A stretch of 64,000 bases of DNA, taken from an uncultured Phycisphaerales bacterium. Lineage in GTDB: Bacteria; Planctomycetota; B15-G4; CAYZWU01. The notes below the pieces were generated by a model. That model was given only the letters and a program-made list of their open reading frames with translations. It made no database searches and was not told the origin of the DNA. Made by a program: the position numbers and the translations under genes. The stretch is taken from NCBI GenBank assembly GCA_964542475.1, contig CAZIUL010000003.1, positions 19,826 through 83,825 on the forward strand, read 5' to 3'. This document shows positions 26,601-35,670 of this stretch, piece after piece. Positions within the stretch are counted from its first letter, which is position 1, and each line of letters opens with the position of its first letter.

Positions 26601-27355
26601 CTCCGGTTGGCTTTCGGGCTCGCCGCAATGAACAGGCCGAGCAGAAGAGGAACGACCATTCCGAGAAGGCCCGCAAAGTGGTTCTTGTTGTGAAAGGTGC
26701 CTGTAACCGCTGATAGATGGTATTGCCTCTCGTTCCAGAACACATTACGGCCGCCGGAAAACTGCTCCGCAAAACCGTAGAGCGCCTCGAACGTTCCAAC
26801 CGCGACGAGCGCAAGAATCAAGGCCACCACCTGGCCTTTGCTCCGGACCGTGTTCACCACAACAAAGAAGATCATGGCAAGCATGGCCCAGTGAGTCAGC
26901 GTGCCCAGGGACGCGTGCATGTCCACTGAAACCGTTCTTGCCTCGCCGCTTGCCGGATAGCCGGGGACCGTCATCTCGTAGAGCGCTCCGGTTGAAGGGG
27001 AGACCGCCTTCAAGAGGTCGGGCGCCATCGGCAAAAGCTGGATCCCGATCAACAGCAGCACGGCCGCCATGAGAAACCACATTGGAGTCCTGAACACCCT
27101 TATCCTTTTGGCGCGTACGCTTTTTATGAGCCAGAGCCCAACCATGGCCAGGGAAAGCAGAAAAGCGAGGCTCTTCGCCCAGGGGGCTGCCGATCCGAAA
27201 GGCATGGGGGACAGTACGATCAATGCGATGAGCAGGAACCCTATGACGAAATCGAAAAGGCCGAGTCGTTCGTGCTGTTGCATGCTGTGTCTTCCTGTTG
27301 ACTGTTTTGTTTTGTTTGTGATCCGGTTTTCTTTGCCTACCGGTCCCGCTGTCAA
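23618..27355 (-). CDS. O-antigen ligase-domain membrane protein fused to a large C-terminal TPR-repeat domain (1245 aa)
   Basis: The N-terminal ~500 aa are polytopic and Wzy_C-like. The C-terminal ~700 aa contain TPR-like helical repeats. The start ATG overlaps the cpsB stop (ATGA). Confidence 0.55.
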   Translation of the reverse strand: MTAGPVGKENRITNKTKQSTGRHSMQQHERLGLFDFVIGFLLIALIVLSPMPFGSAAPWAKSLAFLLSLAMVGLWLIKSVRAKRIRVFRTPMWFLMAAVLLLIGIQLLPMAPDLLKAVSPSTGALYEMTVPGYPASGEARTVSVDMHASLGTLTHWAMLAMIFFVVVNTVRSKGQVVALILALVAVGTFEALYGFAEQFSGGRNVFWNERQYHLSAVTGTFHNKNHFAGLLGMVVPLLLGLFIAASPKANRSPSMRARIVNAFSAAGTHRQVILGISLVLVTVAVFFSLSRAGIVCAVLSWAGFAIVLSMASGFRKYTLALLMFVALIICIATGIGAGMVISSIEDAASGQASSMADRIDLWQSALTMISSFPLLGTGLGTFEGAFEGFQSIRFGDRYADYLHNDWLQVFCELGVVGGTAVVAGIAWVMILLFRRTTRRQDRFCRWVAIGSMMGVCSMLLHSFFDYNLYKITSNGIIFTVILGLLSVSATIPLNGRTMKRPRYFDIPVRSPVLGCAMVILAAAAFWFPAARAAGTGLADIHFNRFLAGEEFRGRVSDYHFLEPGDGGDACPRESLQKAIELDPHNAEYCFYSSIACVKAAESVLRDKAVKTTRGLLGDDIETSDPAGFEKVVASLTESLKSRMGAECKPALTKAEECLREAISLSPHIARYHLNLSSVLAQLVAANSAAGDGSSSTEEAMKEAESAIVLAPGKPAVLFDAGKIFTAESFASGQSDPSGKAMSFAVSCFRRAMLSDSKYAEKVYALVPAAMGGREALIKVTPKTIPTYDKLIRELWEAGDWEDVLACLDVSKKLLLAPEGSGGGAGNTDALVARMPGIVAGDVEGTAFAGQSLRVKEKARDDVLLDLSSKRSCVLAILGKWAERTREVSSYSEYAQGSAAKTLARARMLRESGRHEESLEICLDLLNDFPKNQELLIEAADLASLPGLADIAPPCNRTIDLLFRLVINSTSLDNETLERILDTLDSLRLKDGRDLLAAGLVRGAGLVLTGRVDEGLSKLKGIMSGDAEMGASWRQRHLLWHYLGRGYEKKGEMAKAWDAYGKAVSIVPMHLESLKRLVRLEKQGMGTEQAGGPGDEGMPFEKRLDMLTPEIPCSVSFSGKVKLLGLTFSREENAKPGKDASWSIKYFWLFNDRMFENYHPIVHFCDENWRVVFQDDHRIQSMDRPYPVDFPCFGEVVVETRELSNDPTRTSYMRIGFVTPTPRKHGMKNFTCESGNPFFLTAVGEM

Positions 27356-28137
27356 AAGCCCGGGATCCCCAGCCTGCCCAAAAGGCCGCCTCTGCTTTTT
27401 TCCCGCGCCTCCGGCACTTCCATTGCTTCCCCCGCGAGGATTTTTGCGGGCCTGTTGATGAACACCTCTTCCGCCTCAGCCCGCCCCATAACCTTTTCGA
27501 CCGCATCGAACGCCGCGCTCAGGCCGGGGGGACGGCGATCAGCGGCATGCGCGTCACTTGCTACCAGATGCGCCATTCCCATTTCCATGAGCCGGTGTGC
27601 CGTCTTGTGTCGCCCGCGGCCGGACTCGCCGGCCAGGGAAGCTGCCGTGATCTGGATAAGCGTGCCCGAAGATACGATCTCCATCAGCCTTTCCGGGGCC
27701 GACTGGATCTCGCGGTTACGTTCCGGGTGCGTGACTATCGGAACCACGCCTTCAACCTGAAGGGAAAAGAGATGGTGGTCCAGGCCTTGCGGAAGTATGT
27801 CGTCGGGCAGCTCCAGAAGAAGGTACCGACCCGCATCACCAAGGGTCATCACGCTGCCCTCTTTCAAAAACCGCACCAGGTCGGCGTGAATGTGGATATC
27901 AGCCCCGGGTTTCACGTCGACACGAATCCCCTCCTCCTTGAGGGCGCCTTGCAGCCTCTTGACTCCATCGAGCACCTGGTCGCGGGTGACATGGAAGACG
28001 CCGTTTAACATGTGAGGAGTGGCCGTGATTGTTTTTGTTCCGTCCTCGGCAGCCATCGCGCACATCTCGACGGATTCATCCATGCTTTTCGGCCCGTCAT
28101 CGAGCCCCGGCAGAACGTGCATGTGCAGGTCAATCAC
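27352..28137 (-). CDS. cpsB: PHP-family protein-tyrosine phosphatase (CpsB/Wzb/YwqE-type)
   Basis: MIDLHMHVLPGLDDGP at the N-terminus is diagnostic for CpsB. The start overlaps the upstream wzc stop (ATGA). Confidence 0.75.
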   Translation of the reverse strand: MIDLHMHVLPGLDDGPKSMDESVEMCAMAAEDGTKTITATPHMLNGVFHVTRDQVLDGVKRLQGALKEEGIRVDVKPGADIHIHADLVRFLKEGSVMTLGDAGRYLLLELPDDILPQGLDHHLFSLQVEGVVPIVTHPERNREIQSAPERLMEIVSSGTLIQITAASLAGESGRGRHKTAHRLMEMGMAHLVASDAHAADRRPPGLSAAFDAVEKVMGRAEAEEVFINRPAKILAGEAMEVPEAREKSRGGLLGRLGIPGF

Positions 28138-30366
28138 GACACCTTCTCCATTTCACGTCCTGTTTCTTTTGAAACGCTCCCGCTCTTCGAGCGACCGTGT
28201 CTTGTCTTATTCTTTTTCCCGCCTGCTCCCGATTCCTCGTGGTAATTCTTGCCGTAATAGTAGTAACCGCCGTAGCCGTACTGGCCGCCTTTGGGCATGT
28301 CCACGCTGTTGAGGACCGCGCCAACCAGCCTGCAACGGGCGCTTGAAAGAACCTCTCCGGCGCGCCGCACCGTATCCTTCTGTGTCGAGTGCGCCCTGAC
28401 CACCAGCAACGAGCCCTCCATGTACCCGCAAAGCACGGCAGCGTCGGTGGTGGTGACAACAGGAGGCGTGTCAAAGACAACGTATTCGTATCGGGAGCTC
28501 ATCTCGGCCAGCAGGCCGGGCACATTCTCGTTTCCGAGAAGTTCGGCCGGATTGGGCGGGACGGGACCGCTCGGGAGTATGTGAAGGTTCTCCACACCCG
28601 ACGAAACAGCAGCCGTTTCCAGCGTCACGCCTTCCTTGTTTACGAGCAAAGAGCTCAATCCCTGCATCGAGGACGATTCGAACACCCTGGAAAGGCGGGG
28701 TCTTCGCATGTCCGCATCCACAAGCAGCACCTTTTTCCCCGCCTTGGCCAGCGCTATGGCCGTGTTAAGACTAACGATCGTCTTTCCCTCGGACGGCACC
28801 GCGCTGGTTACGAGGAATGTCTTGAGGCCTTTGCCCCCGTTGCTGAAACTCAGCGCTGTTCGGATCGAACGAAACGCCTCTGCGAGCGCAGAATGTGGAT
28901 TCTCGACGGCCTCAAACTCCGCCTGTTTTTTACCGTTGCCGCCGTTCCTGCGGCCGTCCCCTCCGACAGGCGGAACGAATCCCATGACAGGCACGCCCAA
29001 AAACTGCTCCACGTCGCTTTTCGTCTTGATGGTCGTGTCCAGGTACTCCACGAAAAAGCAGAGCCCAATCCCAAGGAGCAGGCCCACCATCAGGCTCAGG
29101 GCAATGCTCAAAAGCTTGCGAGGCTTCGCCGGCCTGATCGGGATGCGGGGTTTGGCAATGATGAAAATGTTGTCTTCCTTGTCACCGGCGGCCATCGCTG
29201 TCTCGATCTCCTGGATCCTTTGGGTCACGACGCGGTAGGCCCTGTTCAGGTCCTCGTAGCTCTGGCTTATCAAGGTGTACTCGACCGACTTCTCGTTGAG
29301 CGCCATCACCTTCTTCTGCTGCTCGTCAAGCACCTTTTTCAGCTCGCCCTCCTGTTTCGCGGCGCGCGTGTATTCCGCTTCGGCCGATGCCAGGATCTGG
29401 CTGATTTCGCTCTTCATCTTCTCGGCCACGCTTGCGAGCTTGGCCTCTGCGGAAAGCGCTTCCGGGTGGTTGGGACCAAAGCGGTTTTCGAGATCGCTTA
29501 CTTCCTGTTCCGCATGGGTGAACTCCAGCTTGAGATCGCGAATGGCCTCGCTAGAAATGATCTCCGGCATCCGCTCCAGCGGCAGGTTCTCTTTCAAGGC
29601 GTTTGCGATGTCGTTGTACCGCGCCTGGGCCAGTATCCGCTTGTTCTCGGCGTCTGTAAGGTTCTGGTTGATCGCCTTCAGCCGTTCGACAACGATGTCC
29701 TGCGCCTTTTCGAACGAAACCATCTCGTTATGCGCCATGAAATGCTGCATGGCCTTGGCCTTCTCTTCCACCTGGGGTTTCAGGTCGGCCGCTTTCGCCC
29801 TGAGAGCTATCAGCCCCTCCTCGGACACGCCCAGCCTGCGCTTTCTGCAGTTGGACAGAAACTCATCGACATGATATTCGATTACGCGGGCGGCAAGCTC
29901 GGGATCCTTCCACTCGAAGGAGACTCCCACGAGACGCGTCCTCTTGATCGGGCTGACCAGAAAACAGCTCATGAACTTTACGATCGGGTCTCGAAGCTCG
30001 CGAAACTCCTTCATCTCGCCGAAACCGAAGTGCCTGAAGCTCTTTTCGATCAGGGGCCGCGACAGGAGAAGCTTGTACTGCGTTTCAAGAAAGGTCTGCC
30101 TGTTGAAATCGCCGTCACTCATGGCGGGATCGTAGACATCCTTGAACTCGGTTACGTTCGGACTCGATGGCTCGATCAGAAGAGTCGAACCCGCCCGATA
30201 GGTTGGAGTCTGGATAAAGACATATGCGGTGACGGACATCACCACTACAAAAAAGACGCTGACAAGTATCCACTTTCGCACATAGAGTATGCGAAGGTAG
30301 TCCTTGAGGTGCGGCTCGTTCGAGCTGTGCTTATCCGGATTCGGATCCACGCTCCTGGTCATGTTG
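28134..30366 (-). CDS. wzc: Polysaccharide co-polymerase / BY-tyrosine autokinase (Wzc/EpsB family)
   Basis: Features: an N-terminal Wzz-like domain with a TM segment and a long coiled coil, Walker A (SAVPSEGKT), Walker B (VVFDTPP), and a C-terminal Tyr cluster (QYGYGGYYYYGKNY). I chose the start at MTRSV (30366). Confidence 0.8.
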
Positions 30367-30438
30367 TCTCTCTTCACTGCTGCAGTTCCTTCTTGCAAGT
30401 ATAACCGTCGGGCGGTTGGCTTTGCCCGTTGCATGCCG

Positions 30439-31559
30439 CTAGTTGGCAAGATCCACGTTGTACCCGACGTGGAAGAGCCGCTTGAAAAAATCCAACGTCT
30501 CGATAAAAATCTTCTTCGAGGTTGTCTGGCGCACATCTATGATGTCGTTTGACTTGAGAAAAATGTTCGGTTCTTGGCCGCTCGAGATGGCCACCAAATC
30601 CAGGGGGATCACAACCTCTTCATCCGCAAGCCGCCTTTTCAGCACGCAGCTCCTGGGAGACGCTTCGTATTCCATCAACCCCTCTGCCAAAGCAACCCCG
30701 TCAAGAACGGTGGTCGGTCTTTTCAGCGCAAAACCGCCCGGCTTGCGCACAAAGCCCATAACGTAGAAAAGCGGGGCTTCGGGCACAAAGACCACGTCGT
30801 CATCTCTCAGCACCACGTTGAGCTCCATGTCGCCGCGCTCCAGCAGCTCCACGAGGTCGACGACAATAACTTCCTTTTTTGTATCACTGACAAGCGGGCC
30901 GGCAAGCCCGGCTCCCGCTCCTGTATCGAGAGCAGGGTCTGCCGCGCCTTCATCCGCGGCCTTTTTGTCCGCGTGCCTGGGGCGGAGAACATAAAGCACA
31001 TACCCGGCGCGTTCGTCGAGACCGCCCGCAAGAGCGATCGCGTCCAGCAGGGTTGTGACGTTCTGCCTGAGGTTGAACCGGCCGGGCGCCTCGAGGGCTC
31101 CTATGACCGCGATCGTTTTGCTGCGAAACTCCTTCACAACAACGCTAACACGCGGTGTCTTGATGAGCCCGCCGGCTATCAAGCGCGACACGATGTCCTG
31201 CTCGATTTCCTCAACGGTTTTGTTCTTTGCTTCGATCGTGCCCAGCAGGGGCAAGGTAATGATGCCGCTTTCCGAGATCCTCGGATCAATGGTCATGGGC
31301 TCGTCGCGCACCATCCACTCGAAGATGCTCACGGAGAGCACATCATCGGTGCCAACCCTGTAGTCTTCTTCCTGTTCCCGGATCCCGTCGAGAGTCTCCT
31401 TCGCCAGCCTCCTGCTCAACGCGTCTGTCGGCGAGATGCGCCTTGTTTTAACAGCCGTGTTAACAATGTTGACTTCATCCGAAGCGCAGCCGGCATGTAC
31501 AAGGACAACCAGTGCGATAAAGATGTGTGATGCCCGGAGTGTTCTTCGCTGAAGCATTT
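30439..31559 (-). CDS. wza: Outer-membrane polysaccharide export protein (Wza-like, Poly_export + SLBB)
   Basis: There is a signal peptide ending VHAGCAS (possible lipoprotein), and the size and position match Wza upstream of wzc. I chose the start at MLQRR (~31559). Confidence 0.65.
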
Positions 31560-31746
31560 CTCTCCTCTCTCTATACTTTCTACTCTCTAATCTCCACCCT
31601 CTCTGCACCGGGCCTGGTAAACGATTGAAATTCCTATCGGCAGGCAAAAGTATGCTTGCTTTAAAAAACAAATCTTTGTGTGGAAAAACAACACCGGCAG
31701 CAAGGCTGGCGGCGGGATGGTGGATCGGAATTGTTTGGGTGTGGGG

Positions 31747-32244
31747 CTATGGACTAACGTGGCTGCTGCCGCCGGATGATCCGTGGGAAGCGAGGGCGAC
31801 GACAGGCACGCCGACCACAATCACCGCTCCTCCTATTACGATGAGCGTCCAATGCAAAGGAGAAAGTCCTGCGCTTTCGGTGGGAAGCACGAACATCAGC
31901 ATGGACAAAGTGGCTTCTTTCGAAACCATGAGTGTTACAGCGGTTTCTCCGTCGATCTCCAGGATGTAGTTTCCCTCTGGAACACCACTTATCCGGTATA
32001 TTCCATACTTGTCGGAAACAGCGGACCCAACGACCTTTCCGTTGGGATCGATGATCCTGACCTGCTTTCCGGCCAGCTTCCTGCCGGTGGAATCGGAAAC
32101 TATCCCGCTAAGATCGCCGGGTTTGACCGTTTGCTGGCCAAGCTCCCCTCCCTTCGAAAACGCGTCGCCCGTCAAAAACAACATCAGCGGGAGCGCGCAG
32201 AGACACGCTGTGTATGAAACTCGCATTCTGAATGTGCTTTTCAT
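31747..32244 (-). CDS. Small secreted protein with a carboxypeptidase-regulatory-like (Ig-like) domain and a C-terminal TM plus Gly/Ser tail
   Basis: It has a signal peptide and the IIDPNGKVVGSAVSDKYGIYRISGVPEGNYILE motif. The C-terminus reads SPLHWTLIVIGGAVIVVGVPVVALASHGSSGGS. It is a paralogue of 32297-32794. Confidence 0.45.
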   Translation of the reverse strand: MKSTFRMRVSYTACLCALPLMLFLTGDAFSKGGELGQQTVKPGDLSGIVSDSTGRKLAGKQVRIIDPNGKVVGSAVSDKYGIYRISGVPEGNYILEIDGETAVTLMVSKEATLSMLMFVLPTESAGLSPLHWTLIVIGGAVIVVGVPVVALASHGSSGGSSHVSP

Positions 32245-32296
32245 TATAATCGTCAAGCCAGTCCGCATGTTTTCATGAATGAATCCGTGCGCTGCA

Positions 32297-32794
32297 TCAT
32301 GGACTCAGTGGAGGAACACCGCCGTGACCGCCGGAAGAAGAGCCTCCTCCAGCCGCCAAAGGGACACCAACCGCAACAGCGGTACCCCCTACGCCAATCA
32401 GCGTCCACTGAAGAGGGGAAAACGAGTACCACGATTCTTTTGCGGGTATCACTATTTTCAGCGATGAAACGGTTGCTTCCCTGGTAACCTGCAGCTTTGT
32501 AACCTCCTTATCCCCGAGCTTGAGAACATAATCTCCCTCCGGGAGGTTATTGATCTGGTACATGCCGTATTTGTTGGAAACCGAGGAAGCAACAACCTTT
32601 CCCTCGCTGTTTACAACAAGGATTTTTTTTCCGGCAATCTTTTCACCCGCGGAATCTGAAACGAAACCGCAAAAACGGCCGGGTTTGACCTTCTGGACAT
32701 CCAGCACGCCCTCTGCTGCAAAGGCGTTTTCAGCTGAACCGCAAAGGAACAAAAAACCAACCGCCGCTAGTAAAAAAACAATCCTCTTCTTCAT
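32297..32794 (-). CDS. Paralogous small secreted CarbopepD-reg-like protein with the same C-terminal motif
   Basis: MKKRIVFLLAAVGFLFLCGSAENAFA is a signal peptide. LVVNSEGKVVASSVSNKYGMYQINNLPEGDYVL is present. The C-terminus reads SPLQWTLIGVGGTAVAVGVPLAAGGGSSSGG. Confidence 0.45.
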   Translation of the reverse strand: MKKRIVFLLAAVGFLFLCGSAENAFAAEGVLDVQKVKPGRFCGFVSDSAGEKIAGKKILVVNSEGKVVASSVSNKYGMYQINNLPEGDYVLKLGDKEVTKLQVTREATVSSLKIVIPAKESWYSFSPLQWTLIGVGGTAVAVGVPLAAGGGSSSGGHGGVPPLSP

Positions 32795-32974
32795 GATCCG
32801 ATTACCTCCAGAACACCCGGACGAAGAACCGCATTGCATCAACAGATTCTTGGTCTTTAAATTTTATAACGGGTGGCGGTCGCGAGAAAGCATCTTGATT
32901 ACAGGAGTATTTTTCGGCAGAGGAAGGAGAAGACTTTTTACTAAATAAAACTAATTTTTTAATTATCCGTTTCG

Positions 32975-34945
32975 GTGGATACGTTAAAAAAAACAGAGTC
33001 GCGGACAGCGGCCGCCTTTATTCCCGTTTCAGAGGATGATATGACAGAGGAGATGAACGAAAAAGACACGTTGTTCCGTCTCGACGCAAAACCGCTCGAG
33101 CCTTCCGGCCTGTTGAGGGAGATCGAGAAGGAGTCGTTTATCTCCTTCCTCGGCAACAGGATCTACGGGAATACGGACCGCGGGTTTCTGGAGGCCCAGA
33201 GGAAGCGGTACATCCAAACGGTCGAGCTCCATGTAAAACGCTACGGCGAGCGACCCACGTTCCTTATCCGGGCGCCCGGCCGCCTCAACCTGTTCATGGA
33301 GTACCTGGATATGTGCGGGGGTGATCACATGTCCACAACCATAGACGGCGACATTCCGGCCGCGGTGAGTCCGGCGATGAACAGCTCCGGCAAAAGCCGG
33401 GGCCGTGTCAGGATCTGCAACACCAACCATCTTTTCGGGGAAGCTGAGTTTTCCATCGCCGAGGAGCTGGCAAGGTTCAAGAGCAGGTCCTGGTCAAAGG
33501 AAGCTGCGAACGGAATACCGGACAACTGGGAAGGGCGAAGCCTCATCAGCCCTCACCACGGAAGGCCGCGCGGGGATTGGCTGAACTATGTCCTGGCCCC
33601 CTACCTGCGTGCATCGTTCGAATGGCCGGAAATCGGCTTTTCAGGCTGCGACATGACGTTCGGCCCGTCCAGCATCCCCATCCGCGCGGGAACGAGCTCG
33701 TCCTCGGCGGTTGTCGTGCTTTCCCTGCTGTCGCTTATCCTCGCGGAGCAGGACAGGCTCCCGCGGCTCGGTGTCAGGAAGCTCTGCCGTTTTCTCGGCG
33801 AGGCGGAGTGGTACGTGGGAACGCGCGGCGGTGCAAACGACCAGACCACCATACTGCGCAACCGCACCAACTCCATACTTTACAACCTTCACCACCTCGA
33901 TCTGATCGATTCGCGCCCCGTTCCATGGCTCGACGGCATGGCTGTTCTGCTGTGCAACACCCTGTGGGAGGCGGACAAGGCGCTTGGGGCCAGGGATGTG
34001 TTCAACCTGCGCAAAGGCTGGATGGATCTTGCGCGCGATCTCCTGCTCGGGCTGACCGAGGCGGCAGCGGGCCATCTGGCGGCAGGCAGAAGCCGCGGAC
34101 CCGGTTGGCTCAGGGAATGTGTGGCCGCGGCCCTGCCGGGAATCGAGCCGCCCGCGTCCAGCTGTCTCGAATCACGCACCGGCCTGTGGAGCGTTTTGTC
34201 TGAGCGTTTCTCACACCTGGGCTCGCTCGACAACGAGCTGCTGGGCCTGGACACCGAAGCCATCGACGAGTTCATCGATCTGCTGCCGGAACGCATAACC
34301 GCTGAGCAGGCGGGACGCGCTCTTTCCAAGGACCTCGCAGCTATGGAGCGCGATTACACACTGCCGCTGCCGGAGGACGGCGGATACAAGCCCAGGCAGG
34401 CGGCGCGGTTCTTCCATATCGAAAACCGGATCGGCCGCAATCTCGAATCGGTGCTGTGTGAAGCGCACGCACGGGCGGGCAAGGGGGAGCTCGCTCCCGA
34501 ATCCGAAGAGTACGACGCGTACAGGGTAAAGGTGGCGGATCACTTGAACAGCCTTCAGGTCGTGCTTCGGGACCTTTTCGAGGTGAGCAACAGCCAGATC
34601 GAGCTGCTCCTGAGCATTGCCGGGAACGGTCCCGGTTTCATGGCGGGCAAGCTCACCGGAGCGGGAAGCGGCGGGTGCGTCTGCATACTTGTCCACGAGG
34701 AAGACGCGGCACCAATGCTCGACTGGCTGGATGCCGAGTACTTCGGAAAAGAGGAGAATTTTTCGGTTTACCGCAAAACCCTGTCCGAGCTTGCCGCTTC
34801 GCCGGACGAGGCGTACAGGCGTAAAGCCGCTGAACTGGTTGACAACCTCGAATCCGCGCTCTCGTCGCCCGAGGAGCACCGAAGGAAGGTGAGCTTCTCG
34901 AACGGAGCCGGGGTTATTTCTCCGGAGGAGTTCGGCGGGATGTAA
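32975..34945 (+). CDS. GHMP-family sugar kinase (galactokinase-like), unusually long (656 aa)
   Basis: RAPGRLNLFMEYLD matches the galactokinase signature; PIRAGTSSSSAVVVLSL is the GHMP ATP motif; GAGSGGCVCILV is the GHMP C-terminal motif. An alternative start at 33041 has an aggaggatgatATG-type RBS. Confidence 0.6.
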   Translation: MDTLKKTESRTAAAFIPVSEDDMTEEMNEKDTLFRLDAKPLEPSGLLREIEKESFISFLGNRIYGNTDRGFLEAQRKRYIQTVELHVKRYGERPTFLIRAPGRLNLFMEYLDMCGGDHMSTTIDGDIPAAVSPAMNSSGKSRGRVRICNTNHLFGEAEFSIAEELARFKSRSWSKEAANGIPDNWEGRSLISPHHGRPRGDWLNYVLAPYLRASFEWPEIGFSGCDMTFGPSSIPIRAGTSSSSAVVVLSLLSLILAEQDRLPRLGVRKLCRFLGEAEWYVGTRGGANDQTTILRNRTNSILYNLHHLDLIDSRPVPWLDGMAVLLCNTLWEADKALGARDVFNLRKGWMDLARDLLLGLTEAAAGHLAAGRSRGPGWLRECVAAALPGIEPPASSCLESRTGLWSVLSERFSHLGSLDNELLGLDTEAIDEFIDLLPERITAEQAGRALSKDLAAMERDYTLPLPEDGGYKPRQAARFFHIENRIGRNLESVLCEAHARAGKGELAPESEEYDAYRVKVADHLNSLQVVLRDLFEVSNSQIELLLSIAGNGPGFMAGKLTGAGSGGCVCILVHEEDAAPMLDWLDAEYFGKEENFSVYRKTLSELAASPDEAYRRKAAELVDNLESALSSPEEHRRKVSFSNGAGVISPEEFGGM

Positions 34946-35168
34946 AGGGAGCGCTGTCTCATTTCCGGAAGGCGCCGGCTAACCCGCATATTTCATCCTC
35001 TTCTGCTGCGGCACCGTAAACTGCACTGTGGCTGCGTTTCATGTCAGGAGACGATCCTCAACCTGTAAGAACAGGCCTGCGGTCGTCTCCTGACATGCGC
35101 CTTGCCACATCACAGATTACGGCACCTCGCGACGAAGAGTATGAAATAAGCGGGCTAACGAGGCGGAC

Positions 35169-35627
35169 TCAATCCTCTTCAGCCGGCCTCCTTCGCTCCT
35201 TCTTGATGCGGGAATCCCGTTTTTTCTGCTTGAGCCTGCGCTCCACCGAGGCGCGGGTAGGTTTGGTGGAAACTCGCTTTTTGGGCTTTCTTAGCCACCC
35301 GGCTATCCGCTTGCCGAGCTTCTTCATGCAGTCTTGCCGGTTCGTTTCCCTCGATCTTGAACTATCCGAAACCACCTGGAAGGAACCGTCTTCAGCCAAA
35401 AGCGGTTTCACTCTCTTCAGGAACCGTTCCAGCTCATTCGATGACAAAAACCCCTTCATCGCCGGGCTTGCCAAGGGGTTCCACTTCAGACGCGCCTTTG
35501 TGGCGGTCTTGTTCACCTTCTGCCCCCCGGGGCCTGATGAAGCGCAAAAGGTGAAGCTGATCTCGTCCATGGGAATGACGAGCCCTTTTTTCACCCTTAT
35601 TCCGTTTTCTTCGCGATCCAGGTCCAT
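35169..35627 (-). CDS. arfB: Alternative ribosome-rescue factor ArfB (peptidyl-tRNA hydrolase, GGQ family)
   Basis: SGPGGQKVNKT is the GGQ motif and the C-terminal tail is basic. The product is ~150 aa from MDLDRE. Confidence 0.7.
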   Translation of the reverse strand: MDLDREENGIRVKKGLVIPMDEISFTFCASSGPGGQKVNKTATKARLKWNPLASPAMKGFLSSNELERFLKRVKPLLAEDGSFQVVSDSSRSRETNRQDCMKKLGKRIAGWLRKPKKRVSTKPTRASVERRLKQKKRDSRIKKERRRPAEED

Positions 35628-35670
35628 GTTCTTCCGGTCTTTGATCCGGTTTCCGGACACAGGCTCCGGC

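Noticed and set aside
28389-30404. 671-aa plus-strand ORF
   Set aside because: It is antisense to wzc, which has Walker A/B motifs and a C-terminal Tyr cluster. Its composition is Arg/His/Leu-rich noise.
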